Part shown: in pieces, positions 8,702 to 18,443 of the stretch
How the letters are laid out: every line of letters starts with the position of its first letter
Numbering within the stretch: position 1 is the first letter of the stretch
IMG/VR virus record: IMGVR_UViG_3300029305_005254
Reading direction: 5' to 3' (one strand)
DNA: 64,000 bases
DNA from: an uncultured virus (IMG/VR IMGVR_UViG_3300029305_005254)
Taxonomy: Duplodnaviria > Heunggongvirae > Uroviricota > Caudoviricetes
Made by a program: the position numbers and the translations under genes
The notes under the pieces: model-generated
Databases searched by the model: none
Seen by the model: only the letters and a program-made list of their open reading frames with translations
What the model was told of the DNA's origin: nothing

Positions 8702-11700
8702 CTATACCTTTAAATTTCTACTGCTTAAATATAACTGTAACAGTTTTGGATAAACCTTTACATCTGTGGATAGTCCTGTAGAATACTCTTCACCATTCTT
8801 TATAGCATATACTGGAATATCTCCTGGCATAGATTCTAATGTTTTACGAACTAACCCCATTAATACTGAGTTATTTTCATCATATCTAAAATATATCTCT
8901 CTTTTACCATCACTTAGCTGAGAATGTACCCCCATTGTATTAACTCGCATAATAAGAGTTTGTTTCATATCCTCCTCTTCTTCATCATTCTCATTAACCT
9001 CAATAGTATTTAATGAAGAATTTTGTTCCTTATGAATAGGCTTTTGTATGTTAGCTTTCTCATACAAATCCATACAATCAAATACTCTACAAAACTCTGC
9101 TAAATTCTCTAACATATCCTCATAGGTTGTTGCGTCATCTACTACAACACCCTCTACAGTTAAACCACCTTTTATATCCTTAAGTAAACTGTGACATAAC
9201 TCATTCTCAGTAGGTTTGAACACCTTACCCCAATTTTCTTTGTCTTTTAAGTAATCTAAAACTCTATTCTTTTTGTATAAAAGAATTTCATTTACAGTCC
9301 AATCACATAACTTTTTAGTATTACCATCCCACCAATCCATTCCAGTTTCACCATAATTATCAGATATCATCTCCTGAACCTGTACTGGAATTTCTGTGTG
9401 CTTTGCTTCATACCAAGTTCTACCAAAACCCATACCTGTATATAAAGGACACCAACCTTCAATATCAAGCATCATACTATCTCGTAACACCTTGAGCATA
9501 ACTCCTGGATTTATAGACTTATGTATTTCTAGATAGCACTCATCATGAACAAAGGCAGAGATTAATATTTTACCTAAAAGTCCCCTATTTCTCACCTCTA
9601 AAAATAACCGAACCATAGCTGACTTGTATATATCAGCTGCTGTACCCTGTATTCTAGCGTTACAAGACTGACGCTCAATTTTATCTTTTCTATCTTTTCT
9701 AGGGTCATAGTATCTTCTTCTCCTAAAATAAGTGGTTGAAAAGTTTTGAGTGATACCCTGAGCCTTTGATTCCTCTATGAAACCCCTTAGCTCTTCCATA
9801 CCCTTAAAGTATAATTCTTTCTGGTGTTTTGCTTTTCTGGTGTTTTCTGGTGACTTTGAACCATATAAGTTTACACCAAGATTAGGGTCTCCTAAACCGT
9901 ACAAAATACCAAAGTTAACACCCTTTGACATCTTTCTTAAGCTGTCTGTTACCAACTCATAAGGTACACCAAACATATCAGATGCCTTAAGTCTATGGTA
10001 GTCTGCATCTGGGTCTTTAAGCTTCTCAACCATTGCCTGACAACCTGCCATACTACACATTATTCGTGCTTCAACTGATGAATAATCTGCGTCCATTGCA
10101 TAGAAACCTTCTCTAGGTCCTATATACTTCTTAACGGTATCACTATAACCTTGATAATTAGGGTCTTTAGTTGATACTCGTCCTGTAGCCAAGAACTGCT
10201 GTACCTCTGAGAACATAAGACCATCCTCTGTTGCAAACTTATCTATATTCTTAGTAAAGTTACTTTCTAGAGTCTGAGCATCGAGATAGGTATTTAAATC
10301 TTTAACAAAAGCTTTCTTTTCATCTGATACCTCTGATGATTTTAACCAAGCCTTTCTTACATCCTTACCCGTACTAGGTGCTCCTGTCTCAGTATAATCT
10401 ATTACAGGTAAACCTAACTTCTCAAAACAAATCTTCTTCATATCTGGCGAAGATTTAGGATTGAAGTCCATACCCACTAGGTCTACCATTCTAGCATAAG
10501 TCTCCTCTTTATCTCGCTTTATTGCTTCAATAAGAGAATCTATCCTATCTACATCAACACAATGACCATAATACTCTTGATAAGCAATTACTATACTAAA
10601 TAATACCTCAATCTCATATATCTTCTTTGCATCATAAGTACCCAATAAGTTATTTTGCATAGCATATTCGTATAACTCCAAAAGAGAATCGGTATCTGGA
10701 CAAGCATAATACTTAACAGACTCTTCCTCTAAATCCCAAAACTTTATATTTTGAGAGTCAAATTTACCTACTACGAAATCGCTTAACTCAAAGCTGTCTC
10801 TACCTAAGAAAGTTTTTACTAAAGGTTTCAAACCTAACTTAAGATTAGTATGGTCATTCCATAAAGTAACCTTAAACAGTATTAAAGTATCATGAACTAT
10901 ATTAGTGCATATGCCATAATTATACATTACCTTCCAATCGAAAGCACCATTATGACAAAGAATATCTTTCTTCTCCAATATCGGTTTAAAATACTTATCT
11001 ATAATATAATGCTCATTACCTGCACTACATATATTCTGTATCTTCTTATGTGCTATTGGGAAATAATAAGCCTCTCCTGGTTTAATAGAAAATACCATAC
11101 CAACAAGCCTATCTGCCTGACCAACTCTACTCTTTATGTTAACCTTAAGACCTGTGGTCTCGGTATCGAATGCTACCACTCCATTGTGTTGCCATATCAT
11201 TTTACAGATAGCTTCCAACTCTTCTATTGATTTTACTATCTTATATTTTCTATTTTTTAACCAAACATAATTTTTGTCTGGATTTCTTTCTATAATCTCT
11301 TGAAGAGAAAAGATTTTATCTTCTTCATTGAAATCCCAGTCTGAAGAATCTTCAACTACTGTGATAAACTCAGATAAGTCTAATTTTATTTTCTTTTTCA
11401 ACTTTGTTACTTCAAAAATCTTTTCTGAATAAGAACCATCATCTGTTAAGTGTAATTTACCTAAAGGTCCATTATAATGTAACTCCTTTAAAATACCTAA
11501 CTCTAAAACACTTTTACCATTCTCTAACTGGTATTGCTGTCTCTTCATGGGGTTGAATTCAACATTAAAAAGGTTATCGTTGTCGACTAAATTATCTCTG
11601 TTACAACCAACCTTCATACCCCTTATTATACTTCCTAAGCAACAGAAGAAATTGTCATTAAGTTCACTTCTACACTTAACACCCTCATCTTCCTCCATAT

Positions 11701-11914
11701 ATAAATCTACTGAAATGTTACCTGAACCTACACTCATATAAAGAGTTTCCCATCTAGGTGGAATATTTGTTCCATCTGGAAGATAAATTCCTTTATCAAC
11801 AACCCTTATACTTTTTGTTAAAGGACAAGTTAAATGGAGAACAACTGTATCTCCATAATCATACCCTATTAAGTTATAAATATCCTCTCCATATCTGTAA
11901 TTACCTACTAACAC
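8702..11914 (-). CDS. polA: family A DNA polymerase (3'-5' exonuclease + polymerase; no recognisable 5'-3' exonuclease)
   Basis: AFDTETTG, HNGAFD, YACPD (exo I-III); TGRVSTKDPNYQ, DADYSSVEARI, KGVNFGILYG, IQGTAAD, VHDE. Confidence 0.95.
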   Translation of the reverse strand: MLVGNYRYGEDIYNLIGYDYGDTVVLHLTCPLTKSIRVVDKGIYLPDGTNIPPRWETLYMSVGSGNISVDLYMEEDEGVKCRSELNDNFFCCLGSIIRGMKVGCNRDNLVDNDNLFNVEFNPMKRQQYQLENGKSVLELGILKELHYNGPLGKLHLTDDGSYSEKIFEVTKLKKKIKLDLSEFITVVEDSSDWDFNEEDKIFSLQEIIERNPDKNYVWLKNRKYKIVKSIEELEAICKMIWQHNGVVAFDTETTGLKVNIKSRVGQADRLVGMVFSIKPGEAYYFPIAHKKIQNICSAGNEHYIIDKYFKPILEKKDILCHNGAFDWKVMYNYGICTNIVHDTLILFKVTLWNDHTNLKLGLKPLVKTFLGRDSFELSDFVVGKFDSQNIKFWDLEEESVKYYACPDTDSLLELYEYAMQNNLLGTYDAKKIYEIEVLFSIVIAYQEYYGHCVDVDRIDSLIEAIKRDKEETYARMVDLVGMDFNPKSSPDMKKICFEKLGLPVIDYTETGAPSTGKDVRKAWLKSSEVSDEKKAFVKDLNTYLDAQTLESNFTKNIDKFATEDGLMFSEVQQFLATGRVSTKDPNYQGYSDTVKKYIGPREGFYAMDADYSSVEARIMCSMAGCQAMVEKLKDPDADYHRLKASDMFGVPYELVTDSLRKMSKGVNFGILYGLGDPNLGVNLYGSKSPENTRKAKHQKELYFKGMEELRGFIEESKAQGITQNFSTTYFRRRRYYDPRKDRKDKIERQSCNARIQGTAADIYKSAMVRLFLEVRNRGLLGKILISAFVHDECYLEIHKSINPGVMLKVLRDSMMLDIEGWCPLYTGMGFGRTWYEAKHTEIPVQVQEMISDNYGETGMDWWDGNTKKLCDWTVNEILLYKKNRVLDYLKDKENWGKVFKPTENELCHSLLKDIKGGLTVEGVVVDDATTYEDMLENLAEFCRVFDCMDLYEKANIQKPIHKEQNSSLNTIEVNENDEEEEDMKQTLIMRVNTMGVHSQLSDGKREIYFRYDENNSVLMGLVRKTLESMPGDIPVYAIKNGEEYSTGLSTDVKVYPKLLQLYLSSRNLKV

Positions 11915-11917
11915 AAC

Positions 11918-12919
11918 CTACACCACCTTTGATACAACCTTTTGTAATTCTACACCAAAATTTCTGCCTAAGATATTGAAATACATCATCTCTGGTAAAG
12001 GACTTGCTGCTGTTAAATATATGGTATTTCCACGCTCATATCCTAACACCCATATATTGGTACTACCTGACAACAACTTGCCAACCAACTCAGACTCGAT
12101 TTTAGCTTTCACTTTTACTATATCATAAGATATAAAACCACTTAATGTACACCACACTGTTAAATTACCTACCTTGCAAGACAATATGTCTTCAAGTCTG
12201 TGCATAACACTGTTTACCATTCGTTTTATACTTACCTTATGTATAAACCTTTTGACGTGAGCCTTACTTTTCCTTTTATATAGTATAACATTATTAATTG
12301 AGCATTCAAACTCAATGGCAGAATCAAAATTCTTTTTATATCTATCCTGAGGATAATCCCTATAAGTACATTCCTTCTTTAATTTATATAGGTTATCTAA
12401 AGTGTCACTATATTTAGATATTAAGTTCCCAAATGCTTTTACTATAACTGCGTCTGAATAAAGCTCTTGTAAGAAATCATAATTTAACTTCTTATCCCTA
12501 GGATTCATTGTCTTAAAGAATAAGAAGTCTTCTATAAACATAGGGGTTAGAAAATTCTCACAATCTTTTATAGCCTCATTTAAATTCTCCTCACTGCGTA
12601 AAAGAGAATCTAAATCATTTGACTCTAAATAATTGTTATAAGATGCTTTATCGGACTCAATCTGTAAAACCTCTTCATCTTTTACTTCACCCTTATATTT
12701 ATTTATGTAAATTGTCGCTACAACCCTTATTGCATAATGACTAAGTTCTCCCTTGCTTTCGTCGTAATTCTCAATTAAATGCATATAACTCTCATCTAAA
12801 GCATCTTCCCAATTATCTTTATACAAAGATATCGCATAATACTTTAAAGCATTTAACTCTTCCCATATAGCAAGAGATAAACTAGATGCCCTCTGCTTGT
12901 TATAAGAAAAATAATTCAT
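11918..12919 (-). CDS. sigma-70 region 2-like protein (possible element-encoded sigma factor)
   Basis: WEDALDESYMHLIENYDESKGELSHYAIRVV resembles sigma region 2. Confidence 0.5.
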   Translation of the reverse strand: MNYFSYNKQRASSLSLAIWEELNALKYYAISLYKDNWEDALDESYMHLIENYDESKGELSHYAIRVVATIYINKYKGEVKDEEVLQIESDKASYNNYLESNDLDSLLRSEENLNEAIKDCENFLTPMFIEDFLFFKTMNPRDKKLNYDFLQELYSDAVIVKAFGNLISKYSDTLDNLYKLKKECTYRDYPQDRYKKNFDSAIEFECSINNVILYKRKSKAHVKRFIHKVSIKRMVNSVMHRLEDILSCKVGNLTVWCTLSGFISYDIVKVKAKIESELVGKLLSGSTNIWVLGYERGNTIYLTAASPLPEMMYFNILGRNFGVELQKVVSKVV

Positions 12920-12940
12920 GCAACCACCTATCTTATGTAC

Positions 12941-13624
12941 TTAAGCAACACAAGAAAGTTTATTGTATAACATACCTCTTTCCCCTGTACTGCATAAAGT
13001 AGATACTAATTCCTTTATTTTTACATTCTTCTCTGATATATCTTGAATTGTTGATATAGCCTTTTTAACACCTCTTAAAGATGCTTTAAGAGCCTCAACT
13101 ATATCTACCCCATATTCAATAATAACTTCCTCTCTCAAACCTAATAATAATGCTAGACTAGAATCAAAAGCATCTGAATCCATTACCTTTTCAAGATAAT
13201 CATCTTTAATGCTTAACTTCCTAACTGAAATATCACCAAAACCTACTCTCTTATCAGAATCTGTATCACCATACTCATCCACTATGAATAATTCCTTATT
13301 GTTAGGTGAACGCTTCTCAATATTGTCATTCTTATAACAGCCATACTCATAAGCTGACAAATTAAACTCTCTAATAGATTCCTGGTCTAATGAAATACTG
13401 CCTGAAAAGGCTGCGTGAACAATATCAACAGTGTGACTAAATGCATAGCTACTATCTCTACCTGTATAAAACTTTTCTGCATTAGCCAATTCAGTGAATA
13501 AGCTCCATACTCTACCTGCCTGACGATAATTGTTGTGTTGAAAATAATTCATACTTAAAGACACCTCCGAAAAATTCTTACTGAACAGTATAACAAAATC
13601 AAACAAAATAAACAATCTATTCAA
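12941..13624 (-). CDS. hypothetical protein
   Basis: 227-aa ORF; true start uncertain (may be MNYFQ). Confidence 0.75.
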   Translation of the reverse strand: MNRLFILFDFVILFSKNFSEVSLSMNYFQHNNYRQAGRVWSLFTELANAEKFYTGRDSSYAFSHTVDIVHAAFSGSISLDQESIREFNLSAYEYGCYKNDNIEKRSPNNKELFIVDEYGDTDSDKRVGFGDISVRKLSIKDDYLEKVMDSDAFDSSLALLLGLREEVIIEYGVDIVEALKASLRGVKKAISTIQDISEKNVKIKELVSTLCSTGERGMLYNKLSCVA

Positions 13625-14024
13625 GCAAACCTAAAGATTCCATTACCTTCAGCGTGCCTTTAACTCCTGGAGATTTAATTGTTATAATCTTACCGTCATA
13701 CTCAATCTTGCAATCCTTCGCAAAGTCACCAATGATTTTAATTTCTTCAATATCAACCCAATCATCTTCTATTTTTACAAGAACACTTCCACCCTTGGTT
13801 GTTATATAAGAATCACCACAGATTTCTATAACTTTATCTACTTTAGCTTTTACATCTTTTCCAAGAGTATTTAAGTTTATTATTGAACTACCCCCTAGGA
13901 AAAATATAAATACTGCAATACAGATTATAATCTTCTTGAACAGATTAAACTTAGCCTTAAGAATACTAAAAGCTACTATTGCAATACAAAATATAAGCAA
14001 ACCTGTCATTAAACTTACCCTCAT
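13617..14024 (-). CDS. membrane protein
   Basis: Two N-terminal hydrophobic helices. Confidence 0.75.
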   Translation of the reverse strand: MRVSLMTGLLIFCIAIVAFSILKAKFNLFKKIIICIAVFIFFLGGSSIINLNTLGKDVKAKVDKVIEICGDSYITTKGGSVLVKIEDDWVDIEEIKIIGDFAKDCKIEYDGKIITIKSPGVKGTLKVMESLGLLE

Positions 14025-14677
14025 TAAAACTCCTCCTGATTTCCTCCAAATAGAGTATTAAAAGATACTAACCTCTTAGACTCCTTTTTCTCTCTTGGTT
14101 TCTTTTCTTTTTCTACCATAGATTTTATTTTCTTCTTATTCCTTTTAATAACTTCTTGGATACCATCTAAATCCTTTAATAGTACCTCTATAAAGCTATC
14201 GTACATCTCATTGAATACAGGTGACATTCTATCTTTTCCTGTATCATACCTACCAATTCTAACCCCTTCTACCCCTAATAAATTTCCACCTACAATTCTT
14301 GCATAAGGGTATTTAGTGCAAATTTCTTTAGCTTCTAACATATTGCAGAAATCCTTAGGCATTCTTATAAGAGTAGTTATACCCTTGATATTAAAGGGTA
14401 TTGAGCTTTCATTCTCTTTAAAGTAAGAATAACTTACTTCATTAAATACCTTTCCCTCTAAATTAGTAGGGCAAAAATCTACTGGGCAATCCACAAAGGT
14501 AACACACTTCTCAGAACCTGACAACTCTTTATAGACTGAGGTATCACCATCATCCACTATAACATTAATAGATACCTTATCCGGTGACTTACCTTCTTCT
14601 GTAGGTATCACTAACTTTCCAATATGCTTTTTACTTTCTTCAATACTACAACCTGCTAATATTTCCATTATATACAC
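14024..14677 (-). CDS. hypothetical protein
   Basis: Translationally coupled ORF; basic C-terminus. Confidence 0.8.
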   Translation of the reverse strand: MYIMEILAGCSIEESKKHIGKLVIPTEEGKSPDKVSINVIVDDGDTSVYKELSGSEKCVTFVDCPVDFCPTNLEGKVFNEVSYSYFKENESSIPFNIKGITTLIRMPKDFCNMLEAKEICTKYPYARIVGGNLLGVEGVRIGRYDTGKDRMSPVFNEMYDSFIEVLLKDLDGIQEVIKRNKKKIKSMVEKEKKPREKKESKRLVSFNTLFGGNQEEF

Positions 14678-15623
14678 CTCCGTAATATTTATATATGAAG
14701 TCTAAAACATCTTTTTCAGTACTCCATACTTTTTCTTCCTGTATCAAACAATACAACCTTACTATTCTACTCATAGGAATTTGTGTTGCTATACGCTCTA
14801 AACAATAATTGTATTTAGATAACCTTTTCTCATCATAACAATCTGGTATATTTCTTATTGTTTTAAATATAATACCTTGAGTATATAAAGTCTTTATATC
14901 TAAAATATCCTTCACTGTTGCATTTAAAAAGTTTCTTAAAGACCTTACATCGTAGGTATCTATTAAATCCTTTGCTGTTTGTAACCTGTTATGTAGTACT
15001 TGTTTAAAACCCTTTTCTGTTGTAGGGGGGTTAGATAACAGTGAAATAGCAAACTTACTAACTGTACCACCACTTGAACCTATAATCCTAACAACATCTC
15101 TAGGTTTCTCAACCTCACTACCTTGAGTAATCTTCTCTCTTAAATCAAATATCTTATCTACATCCATTGAGTATGTATTAGCTACAAAATCTATCACTTT
15201 TTGAGATAAGGATAGACCATTTAAGATAAACATTACTTCAGGTTTTCTAATAACAGATAAATACAAATCATTACAAGTAGGAAATAATGTTTTTACTTCC
15301 TTAAAGTCTTTATAGTTTTTAACCTTAATTAAGAAACAAGAAACATCTGAGTTAAAAACACTCTTATAAGTCTTACAAAGACCTTTTGTTTGCTTATTAT
15401 AATTTATTACAAACAACCATTTATCCGATAAGTAAGGTTGCATACTAGATAGCTCAACCATTTCTAAAAAAGTCTTTTTGTTTTCTATCTCATATACACT
15501 CTCAACAGTAGCACTACAATATTTCTTTAAGGTATCATACACATATATATCAGCTTTACCTGAACTTGTTTGGAGTAACACAATATTACTCTTGCCTTCT
15601 GCTATACCCTTAAGAGAACCCAT
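14646..15623 (-). CDS. putative DNA polymerase III delta (HolA)-like clamp-loader subunit
   Basis: ~325 aa; ELSSMQPYLSDKWLFVI resembles the HolA 'P-F-xx-K/R-LV' clamp-binding segment; no Walker A. Confidence 0.45.
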   Translation of the reverse strand: MGSLKGIAEGKSNIVLLQTSSGKADIYVYDTLKKYCSATVESVYEIENKKTFLEMVELSSMQPYLSDKWLFVINYNKQTKGLCKTYKSVFNSDVSCFLIKVKNYKDFKEVKTLFPTCNDLYLSVIRKPEVMFILNGLSLSQKVIDFVANTYSMDVDKIFDLREKITQGSEVEKPRDVVRIIGSSGGTVSKFAISLLSNPPTTEKGFKQVLHNRLQTAKDLIDTYDVRSLRNFLNATVKDILDIKTLYTQGIIFKTIRNIPDCYDEKRLSKYNYCLERIATQIPMSRIVRLYCLIQEEKVWSTEKDVLDFIYKYYGGVYNGNISRL

Positions 15624-17155
15624 TATAACACCTCTCTATACAAACCTTTGATATAATCACATAAGTTTCTAATACTAGTTAAATATAGGTTGTTAAACTC
15701 AGAGTGGTTAGCCTCTTGTCTTACATCATTAAAACATTTGGTGCAAATGTGGTCGTTACAACCTTCTACCAAAAACTTAGAGTACCCTCTGCATAAGTTT
15801 ACTAACTCTTTAGCTTCAAATGAAAAATAAATCTCATACTTAGATAAAAGTATATCTATATAGTCTGAATTCTCTAAATCAAATGCTGAGTATCTAGGAA
15901 CACCATCTATCTTATACCCCCTAAAGATACTTCTATTACTAAATAAGAATAGAGGTAAGCAATTACCTAATAATTTCTTATATTCCTTGCTCCCGTTTAT
16001 AGGCAACTTTATCTCTTCGTTAATATTGAACATCTTCAATGCTGTAGATACTGCATAATAAATGATACAATCACCAAGATTCTTTTTAGTAATAGGAATA
16101 CTCTTCTCTATATCATCTGTAGGTAAGGAAGATAACCATAACCCTTGTGAGTGGCTGAAGTTAATATAGCCTATAACACCCTCAACAGTATTTATAGCTT
16201 CCTTAGATATATTTCCTGCAAAATCTTCCTTGTATGTTGAAACATTTCTATCTAAACTAAGTACGGACTGCTTAATGTAGGATAACAAATCTATACTAGA
16301 TTTAGTGTATCTCACCTTAGAGCCTTTTACTTTATAAGGTTTTCCTTCAGCATCTAAAGAATAATTACATAATGCAATGCAATCCTGAGCAACCTCTCCA
16401 ACTCTAGGTTTACAAGTAATATACGCATACTGGTTACCACCTAAAACACCATCAAACAAATCTTGAGGTGTTACCACAAAACCTCTTAAAGAAAAATACT
16501 GGAAGAAATATTTCCATAAACCTTCATTTTCCTTATTCATAATGAAGTCAGTATTTACCAAGAAGTTAAACTCAAACTCTGTACCTAAATCAAAAGCTTC
16601 TACTATAGAACACATTCTATATAATAGTAAAGCTCCCTCAGTTGTACAATCTACACCTCTTGATTTTGCATCTTGATATAATTCTGATGATTTACTAACA
16701 GAACCAGTGGATAATCTAGCAGATAGAGTGACATCCTCTCGATTTATAAATCTATTATATAACTCTTCAAGATTCTCTTTGGTGAAAAAACTATTCTCCT
16801 TATCCAAATCAACACCTTCAAACCAATCTTCTACATCCAACTCAGTACCAACTTCTTCAAAATCTATGGAATAACCATTTTCTTTCTTCATATAGTCAAT
16901 CCATACATCTCTAATAACTGCATCCTCGTTATTCAACATATCCTGCAATATGTTAAACTTCTTAACAAGTAGCTGAGAGAAACCAACTCCATCCTTCTCT
17001 GCTATCTTGATAATCTCATTAGCTAACCATCTCTGGTAGTCATCACCAACATACCCGTTGGATGATTCTATTAACTTGAACATCTCATCTGGTGACACTC
17101 GTAATGTCTCTATACCATATCTTATGGCATCCTTTGTGTGTTTCATAATATACAA
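15623..17155 (-). CDS. hypothetical protein, possibly a degenerate N6-adenine MTase/TRD-like protein
   Basis: C-terminal ITKKNLGDCII / NCLPLFLFS / FSFEAKELV recall the C-termini of some large MTases; no NPPY motif seen. Confidence 0.35.
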   Translation of the reverse strand: MYIMKHTKDAIRYGIETLRVSPDEMFKLIESSNGYVGDDYQRWLANEIIKIAEKDGVGFSQLLVKKFNILQDMLNNEDAVIRDVWIDYMKKENGYSIDFEEVGTELDVEDWFEGVDLDKENSFFTKENLEELYNRFINREDVTLSARLSTGSVSKSSELYQDAKSRGVDCTTEGALLLYRMCSIVEAFDLGTEFEFNFLVNTDFIMNKENEGLWKYFFQYFSLRGFVVTPQDLFDGVLGGNQYAYITCKPRVGEVAQDCIALCNYSLDAEGKPYKVKGSKVRYTKSSIDLLSYIKQSVLSLDRNVSTYKEDFAGNISKEAINTVEGVIGYINFSHSQGLWLSSLPTDDIEKSIPITKKNLGDCIIYYAVSTALKMFNINEEIKLPINGSKEYKKLLGNCLPLFLFSNRSIFRGYKIDGVPRYSAFDLENSDYIDILLSKYEIYFSFEAKELVNLCRGYSKFLVEGCNDHICTKCFNDVRQEANHSEFNNLYLTSIRNLCDYIKGLYREVL

Positions 17156-17168
17156 CCTTCCTTATAAT

Positions 17169-17582
17169 TTAATCAAAGTCTATACTTGCTATAGAAGAAC
17201 CCTTTATTGTAGATATTGAATTCCTCTCAATAAACATTCCTGCATAAGGATTACTATTGAAAACAAACTTGTATCTACAATCTAAGCTTTCTAAAACATC
17301 AAAAACCTCATCCAACCCCTCTACATACTCTTTGTACTCAATAAAGCCATCTAACCACTGCTGTAAATGTCTATTTTGTACATCTATATAGAGTATATCT
17401 TCATGACATAAGTGACTTCTACAAACCCTTAAACCTTTTACTATTGTTGATAAAATCTCGGTTTTTATGTTCCCTGTAGCCATCTTGCCAACATAGGATT
17501 CTACCGTCTTACCCTTTACTTCTAAAGTAAAACCTACTTTTCCTATAGGTCTTTTTACTGCAACACTTAACCTATAATTCAT
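17169..17582 (-). CDS. RNase H-fold protein, probably catalytically inactive
   Basis: Three beta strands, then TEILSTIVKGL..ILYIDVQNRHLQQWLDG; first catalytic Asp missing. Confidence 0.45.
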   Translation of the reverse strand: MNYRLSVAVKRPIGKVGFTLEVKGKTVESYVGKMATGNIKTEILSTIVKGLRVCRSHLCHEDILYIDVQNRHLQQWLDGFIEYKEYVEGLDEVFDVLESLDCRYKFVFNSNPYAGMFIERNSISTIKGSSIASIDFD

Positions 17583-17592
17583 ATAAACCTCC

Positions 17593-18432
17593 TTAATAAT
17601 TTACCTTTTTAAACTTACCACCACAACTACATGTATACCATTCTGGGTGCTGTATAAACTGGCATTTCGTTTTATGGTGTATAATATTTCCACAGTCCTC
17701 GCATTGACATATGTAGTAACCCAAATTAATTAGACTATCAATATCCAAACCTTTCTCTTCAGAAGAAGATAGTCTCTTGATATCAAAACCTAATTCCCAA
17801 CAAATTTTTTGAGCAATCCCCTTCCAAAGAGAGCCGTGGTTAAAACAACCATAACAAGTATGTATAAGTTCATGTATTATAGTGTTATCTATTCCTTCAT
17901 AATCTGTAGTACCTACTAATAAAGCTTCTGAAATCTCTATTACATAAGAATATTCAAGGCTACTATATTTATCCTTTAATCTTCTTCTACAACATCTACC
18001 CCAAGTGGAAGATAACTTTGTGTTTATAGAAACCTTTTCTATTTTACCTAAAGGTATCTCACAACTCAGTAACATATACCTACATACTAGATATCTATAG
18101 TAAAGTAAATTCTCTATATGTTCTACACTGGAGTTACACTTAGGAATATATTTTCCTAATAAGGAATCTACTTCATCTTCATTAGATAACTCGATAGCAT
18201 TATCGCTAGAACTTACATATTGACAATTGTTATTTAAAATAAGCTCTATTGGGGTAGTCTTAACTTTAATACTTACTCCATATTTTATATAATTTAAATA
18301 CACATATTCTAGTAAGTCTGTACTAAAATCAAACTCTTTATCTTCTACATAAAGTCTATAGCCTAATACATTAGATACACTATATGAATTGTTAACAACC
18401 TTAGTGTAAACTAACTCTTGTAAACCTACCAT
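17593..18432 (-). CDS. SprT-like zinc metalloprotease with C-terminal Zn ribbon
   Basis: TWGRC, TIIHELIH, HGSLWK, CEDC..CSC. Confidence 0.88.
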   Translation of the reverse strand: MVGLQELVYTKVVNNSYSVSNVLGYRLYVEDKEFDFSTDLLEYVYLNYIKYGVSIKVKTTPIELILNNNCQYVSSSDNAIELSNEDEVDSLLGKYIPKCNSSVEHIENLLYYRYLVCRYMLLSCEIPLGKIEKVSINTKLSSTWGRCCRRRLKDKYSSLEYSYVIEISEALLVGTTDYEGIDNTIIHELIHTCYGCFNHGSLWKGIAQKICWELGFDIKRLSSSEEKGLDIDSLINLGYYICQCEDCGNIIHHKTKCQFIQHPEWYTCSCGGKFKKVNY

Positions 18433-18443
18433 AAGGACACCTC

